A DNA stretch of 42,011 nt from an uncultured Candidatus Saccharibacteria bacterium (GTDB lineage Bacteria; Patescibacteriota; Minisyncoccia; Phycocordibacterales; 2-01-FULL-51-21): NCBI GenBank assembly GCA_964348955.1, contig CAYGEN010000002.1:1-42011 (forward strand), given 5' to 3'. The position numbers and the translations under genes were made by a program. Of this stretch, positions 1 to 8,093 are shown one piece after another (position 1 is the first letter of the stretch; the number at the start of each line of letters is the position of its first letter). The notes beneath the pieces were generated by a model. It worked only from the letters and a program-made list of their open reading frames with translations, was not told the origin of the DNA and searched no databases.

Positions 1-28
1 TATCGGCGGTTTGTAGCCTAAGCACAAA

Positions 29-57
29 ACCGCGAGAGCTTTGCTCTCGCGGTTTTT
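29..57. terminator. Bidirectional intrinsic-terminator-like hairpin
   Basis: Perfect 10-bp stem ccgcgagagc/gctctcgcgg (30-39/43-52) with a 3-nt loop. A-run upstream and TTTTT (53-57) downstream. Lies 3' of the minus-strand toxin gene. Confidence 0.6.
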
Positions 58-124
58 ACTTTTAATATTTTAAAAGAAGTTATTTTCTTGATTCAATTAT
101 CGTCTGCGTCACGCGAGCCGCCAC

Positions 125-385
125 TTATCCGTAGAGTTCGGGATGTGTCCCGATTGTAATAAAAAGAGCGATATCAGGCTCAATCGGTTTATAGATAGTC
201 CTATAATCCCCCGTTATGTTGATACTTCGATATCCTGCGTACTTCCCATGCCGTGGGTGGTTATCGAGGGACGGGTGAAATGGATTTTCAAGAAATAAGT
301 CCCGGCGTTTTCAAAATTGACTTTGTATTTTCTTCGGTAACTTCTTGAACCTTTTTGCGAAAGTGTCGCTCAAAATTATTCTCAT
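125..385 (-). pseudogene. YafQ/RelE-family mRNA-interferase toxin interrupted by one in-frame TGA (codon 25, nt 311-313)
   Basis: Hand translation of the minus strand gives MRIILSDTFAKRFKKLPKKIQSQF*KRRDLFLENPFHPSLDNHPRHGKYAGYRSINITGDYRTIYKPIEPDIALFITIGTHPELYG*. The frame was checked codon by codon. The ATG (383-385) overlaps the antitoxin TGA (382-384) as ATGA. Absent from the ORF track because of the stop. Confidence 0.75.
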
Positions 386-663
386 CGATGTTTCGCAAGC
401 CACCTATCCATCTCCTTAACGGAAGAGAACGCAGGAGAGATGTTCTTTCCTTTACGGAAGTCAGCGCTTGCCTTCAGAAGTTCGCGTGCCGTTCGGGCAT
501 TCGGGATTTCTCTAGGTATGATGCCAACACTATATTCTCCTTCCGCGAACTTCTCGGTCGCCATTTTTAGAAACGAGGCAAACGGCACGCCCTCTTGCTT
601 GGCGCGCTTCATCGCCCTGGCTTTAATCTTGGGGTCTATGTTAAATACAATTTGCGTAGTCAT
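382..663 (-). CDS. DinJ/RelB-like ribbon-helix-helix antitoxin
   Basis: 93-aa ORF. The N-terminus TQIVFNIDPKIKARAMKRAKQEGVPFASFLKMA fits the DinJ/RelB beta-strand plus helix pattern. It overlaps the downstream toxin by 4 nt. Confidence 0.7.
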   Translation of the reverse strand: MTTQIVFNIDPKIKARAMKRAKQEGVPFASFLKMATEKFAEGEYSVGIIPREIPNARTARELLKASADFRKGKNISPAFSSVKEMDRWLAKHR

Positions 664-671
664 AGGTATAT

Positions 672-700
672 AGTTTATATATAGCGCAAATATATGTCAA
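672..700 (-). promoter_or_regulatory. Sigma70-like promoter of the TA operon, probably leaderless
   Basis: On the minus strand: TTGACA (700-695), 17-nt spacer, TAAACT (677-672), then 8 nt to the ATG at 663. Confidence 0.45.
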
Positions 701-724
701 GCAACATAGGGCTCTTTCTATCCA

Positions 725-2872
725 TTACTTACGTGATTCAATAATTGTCTGCGCGACGTTCTGCGGAACGGCTTCATAATGGTCAAACTCCATGGTAGAG
801 GTGCCGCGCCCTTCCGTCATTGAGCGTAGTGCGGTGGTGTAGCCAAACATTTCCGCGAGCGGCACTTTGGCGACGATAGCTTTGAGCATGCCGCGCTCGG
901 TCATGCTCTCAATCTGTCCGCGCTTTGAATTTAAATTACCGGTTACGTCTCCCATAAATTGCTCCGGCACAACGACTTCCACTTTCATAATGGGCTCAAG
1001 GAGCACTGGCGTGGCGCGGGAAGCGGCTTCTTGAAACGCTTGCGAAGCCGCGATTTTGAATGCGATTTCAGATGAGTCCACATCGTGGTAGGAGCCGTCG
1101 TAGAGCTCTACGGAAATGTCGGTCATCTTGTAGCTTGCCACAACACCGCGCTCCATTCCTTCGCGAACGCCTTTTTCAATCGCAGGAATGTATTCATGCG
1201 GCACCACTCCGCCCTTGATGTTGTTGATGAATTCAAAATTCTTTTCGCGCTTCACATTCTTTGCAATCTTTCCGCCTTCCTGAACCGGTTCAAGCGGCTT
1301 CACGCGAATCTTCACATGGCCGTACTGACCGCGACCGCCGGACTGGCGGATGTATTTCCCTTCCGCTTCCGCCGGTTTCTGAATCGTCTCGCGGTAGGCG
1401 ACCTGCGGCTTGCCGACATTTGCCGCAACGCCAAACTCGCGCTTCATGCGATCTACGATGATGTCCAGATGCAACTCACCCATGCCGGAGATGATAGTCT
1501 CCATCGTCTCTTGGTCGGTCGTAATTTTAAAGGTCGGGTCTTCGTCGGAGAGTTTTTTGAGTGCAAGACCCATTTTCTCCTGGTCTGCTTTTGTCTTCGG
1601 CTCAATGCGAAGGGAAACAACCGGTTCGGGAAAGACGATGCGTTCAAGGATGATAGGCGATTCCGGGTCGCACAAAGTGTCCCCCGTGCGCGTGCTCTTC
1701 AAGCCCACCGCCGCGGCAATGCCGCCCGCATGCACCTCCTTCATTTCTTCCCGCTGGTTGGCATGCATGCGTAAAATGCGGCCGATGCGCTCTTTCTCGC
1801 CATTCGTCGTGTTCAAAATGTAGGAGCCCGCGGCTAACACGCCGGAGTACACGCGAAAGTAGGTGAGCTGTCCGACGAAGGGGTCGGACTGAAGTTTGAA
1901 AGCGAGCGCCGCAAACGGCTCTTCGTCAGAGGGGCGCCGAAAAATCTCTTCCCCGCTCTTCGGGTCAATGCCTTTAACGGGAGGCACATCCATGGGCGAG
2001 GGCAGATAGTCAACCACGCCGTCAAGGACGAGCTGTACGCCTTTGTTTTTAAGCGCCGAGCCACAGAAAACGGGCACTATGGTGTTCATAATGGTTGCCT
2101 TGCGCAAAATCTTTTTGAGCTCCGCGAGCGGCACTTCTTTGCCATCAAGGAATTCCGCCATCGCTTCGTCATCATGCTCAACTATTCTTTCAATCAGCTC
2201 GGCATGATATTTTTCAGCTTCCGCCTTAAGCCCCTCGGGGATGTCTTTCATAACCACCTGGCTGCCCATTTCACCTTCAAAGTAGTACGCTTTCATGGTA
2301 AGCAAATCAACGACGCCTTCGTGCGCAGACTCCTCACCGATAGGAATCTGCATGCGGACGGCGGCTTTGGTGAGCCGTTCAAGAATTGATTGGAACGAGC
2401 GCTCAAACGAAGCGCCCATGCGGTCTAGCTTGTTAATGAAGCAGATGCGCGGCACACGGTAGTCGTCCGCATAGCGCCAGTTCGTTTCCGACTGCGGCTC
2501 CACTCCCGCAACGCCGTCAAAGACAACCACCGCGCCGTCCAAAACGCGAAGCGAGCGCTTCACTTCCACCGTGAAATCAATATGTCCCGGCGTGTCAATG
2601 ATATTGAAACGATGCTCAAGCTCCATATTCCCCTTGTCGTAGGTAGGCGTCCAAAAACAGGTGATGGCGGCGGAGGTAATGGTGATGCCCCGCTCGCGTT
2701 CCTGCTCCATCCAATCCGTCACGGTCTCGCCTTCGTGCACCTCGCCGATTTTGTGCGACATGCCCGTATAGAAAAGCACACGCTCGCTGGTCGTCGTTTT
2801 TCCCGCATCAATGTGCGCGATGATGCCGAAGTTACGAATTTTCTCTAGGGAGTGAAATTTTAATTCAGCCAT
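725..2872 (-). CDS. fusA: Translation elongation factor G
   Basis: ORF 725..2896. The N-terminus [33 protein letters not shown] contains the G1 motif, and the protein is EF-G-like along its full length. The ATG at 2872 is preferred over the GTG at 2896. Confidence 0.95.
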   Translation of the reverse strand: MAELKFHSLEKIRNFGIIAHIDAGKTTTSERVLFYTGMSHKIGEVHEGETVTDWMEQERERGITITSAAITCFWTPTYDKGNMELEHRFNIIDTPGHIDFTVEVKRSLRVLDGAVVVFDGVAGVEPQSETNWRYADDYRVPRICFINKLDRMGASFERSFQSILERLTKAAVRMQIPIGEESAHEGVVDLLTMKAYYFEGEMGSQVVMKDIPEGLKAEAEKYHAELIERIVEHDDEAMAEFLDGKEVPLAELKKILRKATIMNTIVPVFCGSALKNKGVQLVLDGVVDYLPSPMDVPPVKGIDPKSGEEIFRRPSDEEPFAALAFKLQSDPFVGQLTYFRVYSGVLAAGSYILNTTNGEKERIGRILRMHANQREEMKEVHAGGIAAAVGLKSTRTGDTLCDPESPIILERIVFPEPVVSLRIEPKTKADQEKMGLALKKLSDEDPTFKITTDQETMETIISGMGELHLDIIVDRMKREFGVAANVGKPQVAYRETIQKPAEAEGKYIRQSGGRGQYGHVKIRVKPLEPVQEGGKIAKNVKREKNFEFINNIKGGVVPHEYIPAIEKGVREGMERGVVASYKMTDISVELYDGSYHDVDSSEIAFKIAASQAFQEAASRATPVLLEPIMKVEVVVPEQFMGDVTGNLNSKRGQIESMTERGMLKAIVAKVPLAEMFGYTTALRSMTEGRGTSTMEFDHYEAVPQNVAQTIIESRK
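2812..2860. repeat. 49-bp perfect direct repeat, copy 1 (inside the real fusA 5' coding region)
   Basis: tgtgcgcgatgatgccgaagttacgaattttctctagggagtgaaattt is identical to 3021-3069. Confidence 0.95.
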
Positions 2873-2887
2873 ACGAGTATGCATTAT

Positions 2888-3030
2888 ATCGCGCACATTG
2901 ATGCGCCGAAGGGGGTCGGGGAAACAGCGGTTTCCCTGTGGAGGAAACCAGTCCCGTTTAGGCGGGGCGTCAGAAACCGTGGGTTTCCGAAGAGGCGTGC
3001 GTAGCGAGCCGATGCACCATTGTGCGCGAT
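2888..3030. other. Structured GC-rich insert between the fusA repeats (core 2908-2998 closed by a ~17-20-bp imperfect inverted repeat)
   Basis: atcgcgcacattgatgcgcc (2888-2907) is an inverted copy of fusA codons and pairs with 3011-3030. Core hairpins are gggaaac-agcg-gtttccc, cccg-tttagg-cggg and gaaacc-gtg-ggtttc. The core is homologous to 26688-26792. Confidence 0.5.
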
Positions 3031-3069
3031 GATGCCGAAGTTACGAATTTTCTCTAGGGAGTGAAATTT
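3021..3069. repeat. 49-bp perfect direct repeat, copy 2 (decoy fusA 5' end)
   Basis: Identical to 2812-2860. Similarity continues with 2 mismatches into 3011-3020 versus 2802-2811. Confidence 0.95.
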
Positions 3070-3209
3070 GTTTTCGTTTGCCATAGTTACGGCTTGTAGC
3101 TTTTTAGCTTATAGCTTCTTAATTTTTTTAGGAAATAGCCACGTGCCACAAAAAGAAAAGCGCCGATGGCGCTCAATAAACATAACAGAAACCAACCGAA
3201 GCGCAACCG

Positions 3210-3452
3210 TTACTTTCGCAGCCCAATTTTGGTGCTGACGAGACGCATTTTGTCTTCAAGAACTTCAATTCGCCGCTCATGAGAGCTCAAATGAAATTCA
3301 ACGCGGTCAAACCGATGATTGACTTCTTTGCGGAAATTATCTACATCTTTGCGGAAATCTTCCAGATCAGATTTGGTTCCCGCAAAACCTCTTTGCACCA
3401 TGACCGCAAGACCCTCGACAAGTTCGTCTGTAGTTTTTTTCTTCTTTGCCAC
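3210..3452 (-). CDS. Hypothetical small coiled-coil protein (80 aa, GTG start)
   Basis: ORF with heptad-like charged repeats. TATACT lies 7 nt upstream of the GTG start. Confidence 0.55.
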   Translation of the reverse strand: MAKKKKTTDELVEGLAVMVQRGFAGTKSDLEDFRKDVDNFRKEVNHRFDRVEFHLSSHERRIEVLEDKMRLVSTKIGLRK

Positions 3453-3521
3453 GGAGGCTAGTATAACACAAACAAAAAAACGCGCGTAAGGCGTGACTAA
3501 CGAACAATGTTAAAAAACAAA

Positions 3522-3755
3522 TTATTTCCTCAGCAAGCGCAAAAATTCTTCCACCGAAAGCCGAGCCTGTTTCAGAACAGACGAGAGTAGCGCGCGAGAA
3601 ATATCTTTAGAGTGCAGGGGTACGGTTACGAGCCTCGTCGTCTCCTTTACATGCCGCAATCGTACATGACTTCCTGTTTGACGGATAATTTTAAATCCGC
3701 CTTTTCGTAATGCCCGAATGATTACGGCGGCACGCAGCGCTGGAAGAATGCTCAT
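3522..3755 (-). CDS. hicA: HicA-family toxin (YcfA-like mRNA interferase)
   Basis: 77 aa. IIRALRKGGFKIIRQTGSHVRLRH is the typical HicA dsRBD-like motif. Overlaps the upstream gene by 4 nt. Confidence 0.8.
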   Translation of the reverse strand: MSILPALRAAVIIRALRKGGFKIIRQTGSHVRLRHVKETTRLVTVPLHSKDISRALLSSVLKQARLSVEEFLRLLRK

Positions 3756-4033
3756 ACTACAAGCGCAATGGGGCCTGAATGATGCATCAGTTTCCCCCGT
3801 GCGTAGATATGTCGTTCATCGTCGATAACCGCCTTACCTTCGCTCAAAGCCTCCTCGGCAAGCAGTTCAATTAAATCGGCCGCCATCTTTTTTACTTGAG
3901 CAAGAGTACTCCCTTGCGTCAGGGCATTCTCAAAAGCCGGTACTTCGGCAAGATAAACCTTATCTCGCTTATCAAACCAAATCACGGTCTGAAAAGAGCC
4001 GTAGGTTGTTTTAATAGGATATTTTTTCTTCAT
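3752..4033 (-). CDS. hicB: HicB-like antitoxin (UPF0150 fold)
   Basis: The ORF contains WFDKRDKVYLAEVPAFENALTQGSTLAQVKKMAADLIELLAEE. The start is taken at ATG 4033 (MKKKYPIK), which is preceded by a TATATA/TACTAT -10-like box. The ORF track extends it to 4069. Confidence 0.7.
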   Translation of the reverse strand: MKKKYPIKTTYGSFQTVIWFDKRDKVYLAEVPAFENALTQGSTLAQVKKMAADLIELLAEEALSEGKAVIDDERHIYARGKLMHHSGPIALVV

Positions 4034-4238
4034 TGCACCTATATAGTATCCTCTTTTTTCTATATACACAATAAAGAAAAAACAAAAAAATGCACTTCAG
4101 GCGTCGTTACGAGAATTGCATAAGTTCAGATACCTTTAGCACTCCTCTTAATTTGAGACTGCCACTTAATCCTGCCAGGAATCATTGAATGGAGTTGAAT
4201 CAGCGACCATGGGTAGGCCGCCGATTATTTTGTGAAGG

Positions 4239-4706
4239 CTACCACGCAAAGTGGGCAAACGCTTTGTTTGATTCCGCCATGCGATGCGTGTCCTCCTTCT
4301 TTTTTACCGCCACTCCTTCATTGTTGGACGCGGCAATAAGCTCCTCCGAAAGACGCAGGTACATGGGTGCACCCTTCTTTGACTTTGCGGCGGCGATAAT
4401 CCAACGATACGCCAGCGAGAGTCGGCGCTCGGGACGCACTTCGCGCGGCACCTGGTAGTTGGCGCCGCCGACGCGGCGCGAGCGCACCTCAACCGCCGGC
4501 GAAACATTTTTTATCGCCGCTTCAAATACCGGCAGAGGGTCGCTCTTTGTTTTTTCTTTTATTTCGTCAAACGCGCGGTAGACGATTTTCCGAGCCGCGT
4601 TTTTCCTGCCCTCCTGCATAAGGTAATTCATGAGTTTGGTAACTTTCACCGAGCCATACACGGCATCGGGGGAAAGTAGCTGTTTCGTTTTAAGTTTTCT
4701 TCGCAT
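4239..4706 (-). CDS. rpsG: 30S ribosomal protein S7
   Basis: 155-aa ORF that is S7-like throughout (e.g. [15 protein letters not shown]). Confidence 0.95.
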   Translation of the reverse strand: MRRKLKTKQLLSPDAVYGSVKVTKLMNYLMQEGRKNAARKIVYRAFDEIKEKTKSDPLPVFEAAIKNVSPAVEVRSRRVGGANYQVPREVRPERRLSLAYRWIIAAAKSKKGAPMYLRLSEELIAASNNEGVAVKKKEDTHRMAESNKAFAHFAW

Positions 4707-4708
4707 GA

Positions 4709-5122
4709 TTATTCAATCTTCGCTTTCTTCGCCCCATAGAGACTGCGGCTTCGACGGCGGTTCTCAACGCCTCCCGCATCAAGTTTGCCGCGCACAATTG
4801 TGTAGCGCACGCCAATGTCTTTCACGCGCCCGCCGCGCAGAAGCACCACGGAGTGCTCTTGGAGATTATGCCCGATGCCGGGGATGTAGGCGGTTACCTC
4901 CATGCCGTTCGTGAGCCGCACACGCGCAATCTTTCGGATTGCCGAGTTCGGCTTCTTAGGCGTTTTCGTCGTAACCTTAACACAGACCCCGCGTTTAAAC
5001 GATGACGGATAATAGGTCGGGCGATTTTTCAATGAATTAAAACCGCGCGAAAGTGCCACCACTTTTGACTTTGTAGCGACTTTTCTGCGCTTCTTTTTTA
5101 TGAGTTGGTTAATGCGCGCCAT
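4709..5122 (-). CDS. rpsL: 30S ribosomal protein S12
   Basis: Contains [49 protein letters not shown]. Lies 2 nt upstream of rpsG. Confidence 0.95.
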   Translation of the reverse strand: MARINQLIKKKRRKVATKSKVVALSRGFNSLKNRPTYYPSSFKRGVCVKVTTKTPKKPNSAIRKIARVRLTNGMEVTAYIPGIGHNLQEHSVVLLRGGRVKDIGVRYTIVRGKLDAGGVENRRRSRSLYGAKKAKIE

Positions 5123-5222
5123 ATGAAAAACGGCTTGCGGCCGTTGCGGGATACTGTACTACACACATCTTTTGAATGCAAACGCGGTGTACGAGTCCAA
5201 TACCACGTGGCACTCCCAAATT

Positions 5223-5870
5223 TTACCGCCCGGTAATAAGCGAAAAGACAACTGAGACAATGTTTAGAAGAACAGGAAGAAAGAGAAATCCAAAAAGAAT
5301 GAGAAATAAGAACAGGCCGAGAAGCCCGAGCCCTGCAAATCGGTTGCCGAAGTCCATAAACCGCCGGTGTAGATGATAGGGTAAAAACGCGGCAAGCACT
5401 TTAGAACCGTCAAGCGGCGGGAACGGGATGAGATTGAAAATCGCGAGCATAATGTTGTAAAAGACCACAAGAGACGCCAGCGAGATAAACGAGGGAGGCA
5501 GGACCGACGCGCCAAAGCGGATGACGAATCCAAAGATAACCGCAATGAGAAGATTTATGCCCGGTCCGGCGCCCGCAACCATTGCCTCACCCCACCGCGC
5601 ATTTTTCAGGTTATATGCGTTATACGGCACCGGTTTCGCCCATCCAAAAAAAAGGTTTGAGTTTGTGATGACCAGGAGCGCGGGAATGATAATTGAGCCG
5701 AGTGGGTCAATGTGTTTTAGGGGGTTTAAGGTAAGCCGCCCTGCGAGACGCGCCGTAGGGTCGCCAAGCCAGTTGGCGACCACGCCGTGCATAACCTCGT
5801 GTATGACGATAGAGAAAACGAGTATAAGAATGCCAAAAAGAGTTTCAAGTTGCATGCAATGTAGCGTCAT
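5223..5870 (-). CDS. Site-2 protease family (M50) membrane metalloprotease
   Basis: HEVMHG zinc motif, multiple TM segments, and a NLIPFPPLDGSKV motif. The N-terminal 126 codons of track ORF 5223..6248 were discarded because they are antisense to rpmB. An alternative start lies at 5855. Confidence 0.8.
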   Translation of the reverse strand: MTLHCMQLETLFGILILVFSIVIHEVMHGVVANWLGDPTARLAGRLTLNPLKHIDPLGSIIIPALLVITNSNLFFGWAKPVPYNAYNLKNARWGEAMVAGAGPGINLLIAVIFGFVIRFGASVLPPSFISLASLVVFYNIMLAIFNLIPFPPLDGSKVLAAFLPYHLHRRFMDFGNRFAGLGLLGLFLFLILFGFLFLPVLLNIVSVVFSLITGR

Positions 5871-5957
5871 GGTAGCATGACGAAACACTAACGGACAACC
5901 AACCACCGACCACTCATTATGCTCTCGGTTGTGGGTTGTGTGATGTTGGTTATTTTT

Positions 5958-6200
5958 ATGGCAAAAATTTGTCCCGTAACTAAAAAGGGCTCCCAAGTCG
6001 GTGGCGGCTATTCCAACCGAACGCGCGCGACGCAGTTCAATCCTGTTGGCAAAAGGCGGCGTCAGCCCAATCTCCAGAAAAAGCGGATTTTTATTCCGGA
6101 GCTCAATAGGCGCATCACCCTGAAACTCTCCACGCAAGCACTTAAAACCATCAATAAGAACGGCGCCTACCAGACGCTCAAGAAAGCGGGACTCATTTAA
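5958..6200 (+). CDS. rpmB: 50S ribosomal protein L28
   Basis: MAKICPVTKKGSQVGGGYSNRTRATQFNPVGKRRRQPNLQKKRIF is L28-like. The start is the internal ATG of ORF 5919..6200. Confidence 0.9.
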   Translation: MAKICPVTKKGSQVGGGYSNRTRATQFNPVGKRRRQPNLQKKRIFIPELNRRITLKLSTQALKTINKNGAYQTLKKAGLI

Positions 6201-6236
6201 TAGCTTGTCAACTTTCTCGCTTTCAAGCTTATTGGC

Positions 6237-6263
6237 TTTATCAAACACCGAGTGTTTGATAAA
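6237..6263. repeat. 27-nt perfect palindrome TTTATCAAACAC-CGA-GTGTTTGATAAA (copy 1 of 3)
   Basis: Lies between the convergent rpmB and MBL genes. The same 12-3-12 palindrome occurs at 24924-24950 and 25112-25138. Confidence 0.9.
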
Positions 6264-6278
6264 GGGGGAAACTCTGGC

Positions 6279-7133
6279 TTATGGTCCGATGAGCACGCCG
6301 TTTGAGTGCATAATAATCGTTCCGGATTCGTCCGTGCGAAACACGGTAACGCCGGCGCCCTCGAACGTATCAAGCGTCTCTTGGTGCGGGTGACCGTAAC
6401 GATTCTCCTTACCATCGGAGATGACCGCGTAGGTTGGCGCGACCGCCGCGACAAACGACTCGCTCGTTGAGGTGCGCGAGCCGTGATGTGCAACTTTTAA
6501 CACATCGCTCTGGAGCTTTTTTCCGTCAAGTGCGACCAAGTAACGCTCCATACGCTTGGTGGTATCGCCCGTGAACATAATCTCCGTATCGCCGTAGATG
6601 AGCTGCATCACGATTGAACCATCATTCGTTTTTTCCTGCGTCACGGCGCGGTCTGGGAAAAGAATGTTGAGGTACGCGCCGCCGCCTAAATCAACCATTT
6701 GCCCGCGCCTTGCGAATACGCGCGCCGCCGCCTCCCTATCAACCGCTTTTTCAAATTCCAGATAGAGTTTTGACTTCCCCATCGTCCCCGGCTCCATGAC
6801 GCTTTCAATGCTATATCGCTCCAGCACCGCTAAAAACCCACCAAAGTGGTCTTCATCCGGATTAGTCACGATGAGCATATCAATGGTTCTGTCATACAGC
6901 GGCATAACCGCGCCGAGTGCGGAAAGCACCGCGCCGTTTGCCGGTCCGCCGTCAACGAGCACTTGGATTTTGCTTGGTGATTCTATATAGACGGCATCCC
7001 CTTGCCCGACATCCAAAAACGCGACCGTAAGTTCCTGCGGCCCATCTGCATAGACCGCGTAGTATATGTATGCATTGGCAAAAATAAGCGCTAACACAAG
7101 GTATCTACCCGAATGTCGGCGAATGCGCTCCAT
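6279..7133 (-). CDS. ComEC C-terminal-type metallo-beta-lactamase-fold protein with an N-terminal TM anchor
   Basis: 284 aa with VGQGDA, NPDEDHFGG and KVAHHGSRTS motifs, typical of the ComEC/Rec2 MBL domain. Confidence 0.8.
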   Translation of the reverse strand: MERIRRHSGRYLVLALIFANAYIYYAVYADGPQELTVAFLDVGQGDAVYIESPSKIQVLVDGGPANGAVLSALGAVMPLYDRTIDMLIVTNPDEDHFGGFLAVLERYSIESVMEPGTMGKSKLYLEFEKAVDREAAARVFARRGQMVDLGGGAYLNILFPDRAVTQEKTNDGSIVMQLIYGDTEIMFTGDTTKRMERYLVALDGKKLQSDVLKVAHHGSRTSTSESFVAAVAPTYAVISDGKENRYGHPHQETLDTFEGAGVTVFRTDESGTIIMHSNGVLIGP

Positions 7134-7436
7134 CTATTCAGTATGTCATTCAATCACCGAGAACACGATATTCGCCGCCAAAGAATGGAGATTATATTCG
7201 CGCCTGCTCAATTTTGGAAGCATTGAGCGATGTATCCGTATGCCGCTTGGAGACGCCCTTCGCGGTTCCAATCGGTTTCGCAATGTCTGATGAAGATATG
7301 GCTCATAATGGTTTGAAAAAACTTCGGCGCTACACTGCTTTAAATTATCCTAAAAAAGTTAACGTGCGAGAAAGCGGTGAGTCACCTGCATGGTATACTA
7401 TATATGTATGACATTTACCCGCTAATTGATTGTCCT

Positions 7437-8093
7437 ATGGCCTACGAAGCAAGAACGTTCCGCCTGCCTGAACTCAAAGGCCTTTCACAAAAACAGCTTG
7501 AGGTGCACCTCGGGCTCTATCAGGGTTATGTCAAATTTTTGAATACGCTTGAAGAGACGCTTGCAGACATGAAGAGGGACGCGGAGAAACACGCCTATGC
7601 CTTGGGAGAAGTAGCCAGGCGGCGCGGATTTGAATTCGGCGGCATGCGCATGCACGAGTACTACTTCGGCGCCATGGAAGAGCGCGCGGAAGCGCCGGGG
7701 GTCGGGTCGCCCCTCATCCAAACGCTTGAAAAACAATACGGCTCGTTTGAAAACTGGATGACCGAGTTCAAGGCAACCGGCATGATGCGGGGCATCGGCT
7801 GGGCAGTGCTCTACTATGACCCCGCGGCCATGCGGTTCCACAATGCATGGATTGCCGAACACGAACTGGGACAGCTCGCCGGACTCCCCATCATTCTCGC
7901 CATGGACATGTGGGAGCACGCCTTCATGGTTGACTATGTTCCCACGGAAAAGAAAAACTACATTGAAGCCTTTTTCTCAAATTTGAATTGGAATGTGCTT
8001 GATGAGCGATTTAGCGTGGCGCGCGAGAGCTCATTTTTCCAAAGAAAAGAGCCCGGTACCAAAGAAGCGCGAGACGAGAAACTATTGTCTTAG
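7437..8093 (+). CDS. Fe/Mn superoxide dismutase family protein (divergent, with a C-terminal tail)
   Basis: The DMWEHAFMVDY C-terminal metal-ligand motif is present. FRLPELKGL...LEVHLGLYQGYV is the N-domain. An alternative upstream start lies at 7404. Confidence 0.75.
   Translation: MAYEARTFRLPELKGLSQKQLEVHLGLYQGYVKFLNTLEETLADMKRDAEKHAYALGEVARRRGFEFGGMRMHEYYFGAMEERAEAPGVGSPLIQTLEKQYGSFENWMTEFKATGMMRGIGWAVLYYDPAAMRFHNAWIAEHELGQLAGLPIILAMDMWEHAFMVDYVPTEKKNYIEAFFSNLNWNVLDERFSVARESSFFQRKEPGTKEARDEKLLS

Larger units (their letters stand above)
2884..3084 (-). pseudogene. Decoy or relic fusA 5' end (66-codon ORF whose first 21 aa mimic EF-G)
   Basis: [21 protein letters not shown] matches the EF-G N-terminus. 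The frame then runs through the insert and stops. Confidence 0.5.

Noticed and set aside
311-313. Alternative genetic code (UGA as a sense codon, as in Gracilibacteria/SR1) to explain the in-frame TGA in the toxin
   Set aside because: All long conserved genes in the window are unbroken under the standard code. TGA also terminates genes at the expected ends (the antitoxin at 382-384 and tig at 36480-36482).
1085-1823. Long plus-strand ORFs (1085-1774, 1410-1823, and others) inside fusA
   Set aside because: They are antisense to a full-length, clearly conserved EF-G gene. Their products are Arg/Ala/His-rich and low in complexity, as is typical of shadow frames. The same applies to antisense ORFs within the pilin genes (14053-14784), nusA (25339-26031, 25770-26435), rny (37489-38244, 37973-38707), the beta-propeller genes, and others.
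2861-3020. Self-splicing group I or group II intron interrupting fusA
   Set aside because: The insert is only 160 nt (209 nt with one repeat), too small for known self-splicing introns. I could not recognise a P7/P3 or domain V signature. The downstream copy has its own start codon and -10 box. It is kept as a finding but not called an intron.
5871-6248. N-terminal 126 codons of track ORF 5223..6248
   Set aside because: This part has no M50 similarity and runs antisense through rpmB (5958-6200). The protease sequence proper begins at MTLHCMQLETLF.
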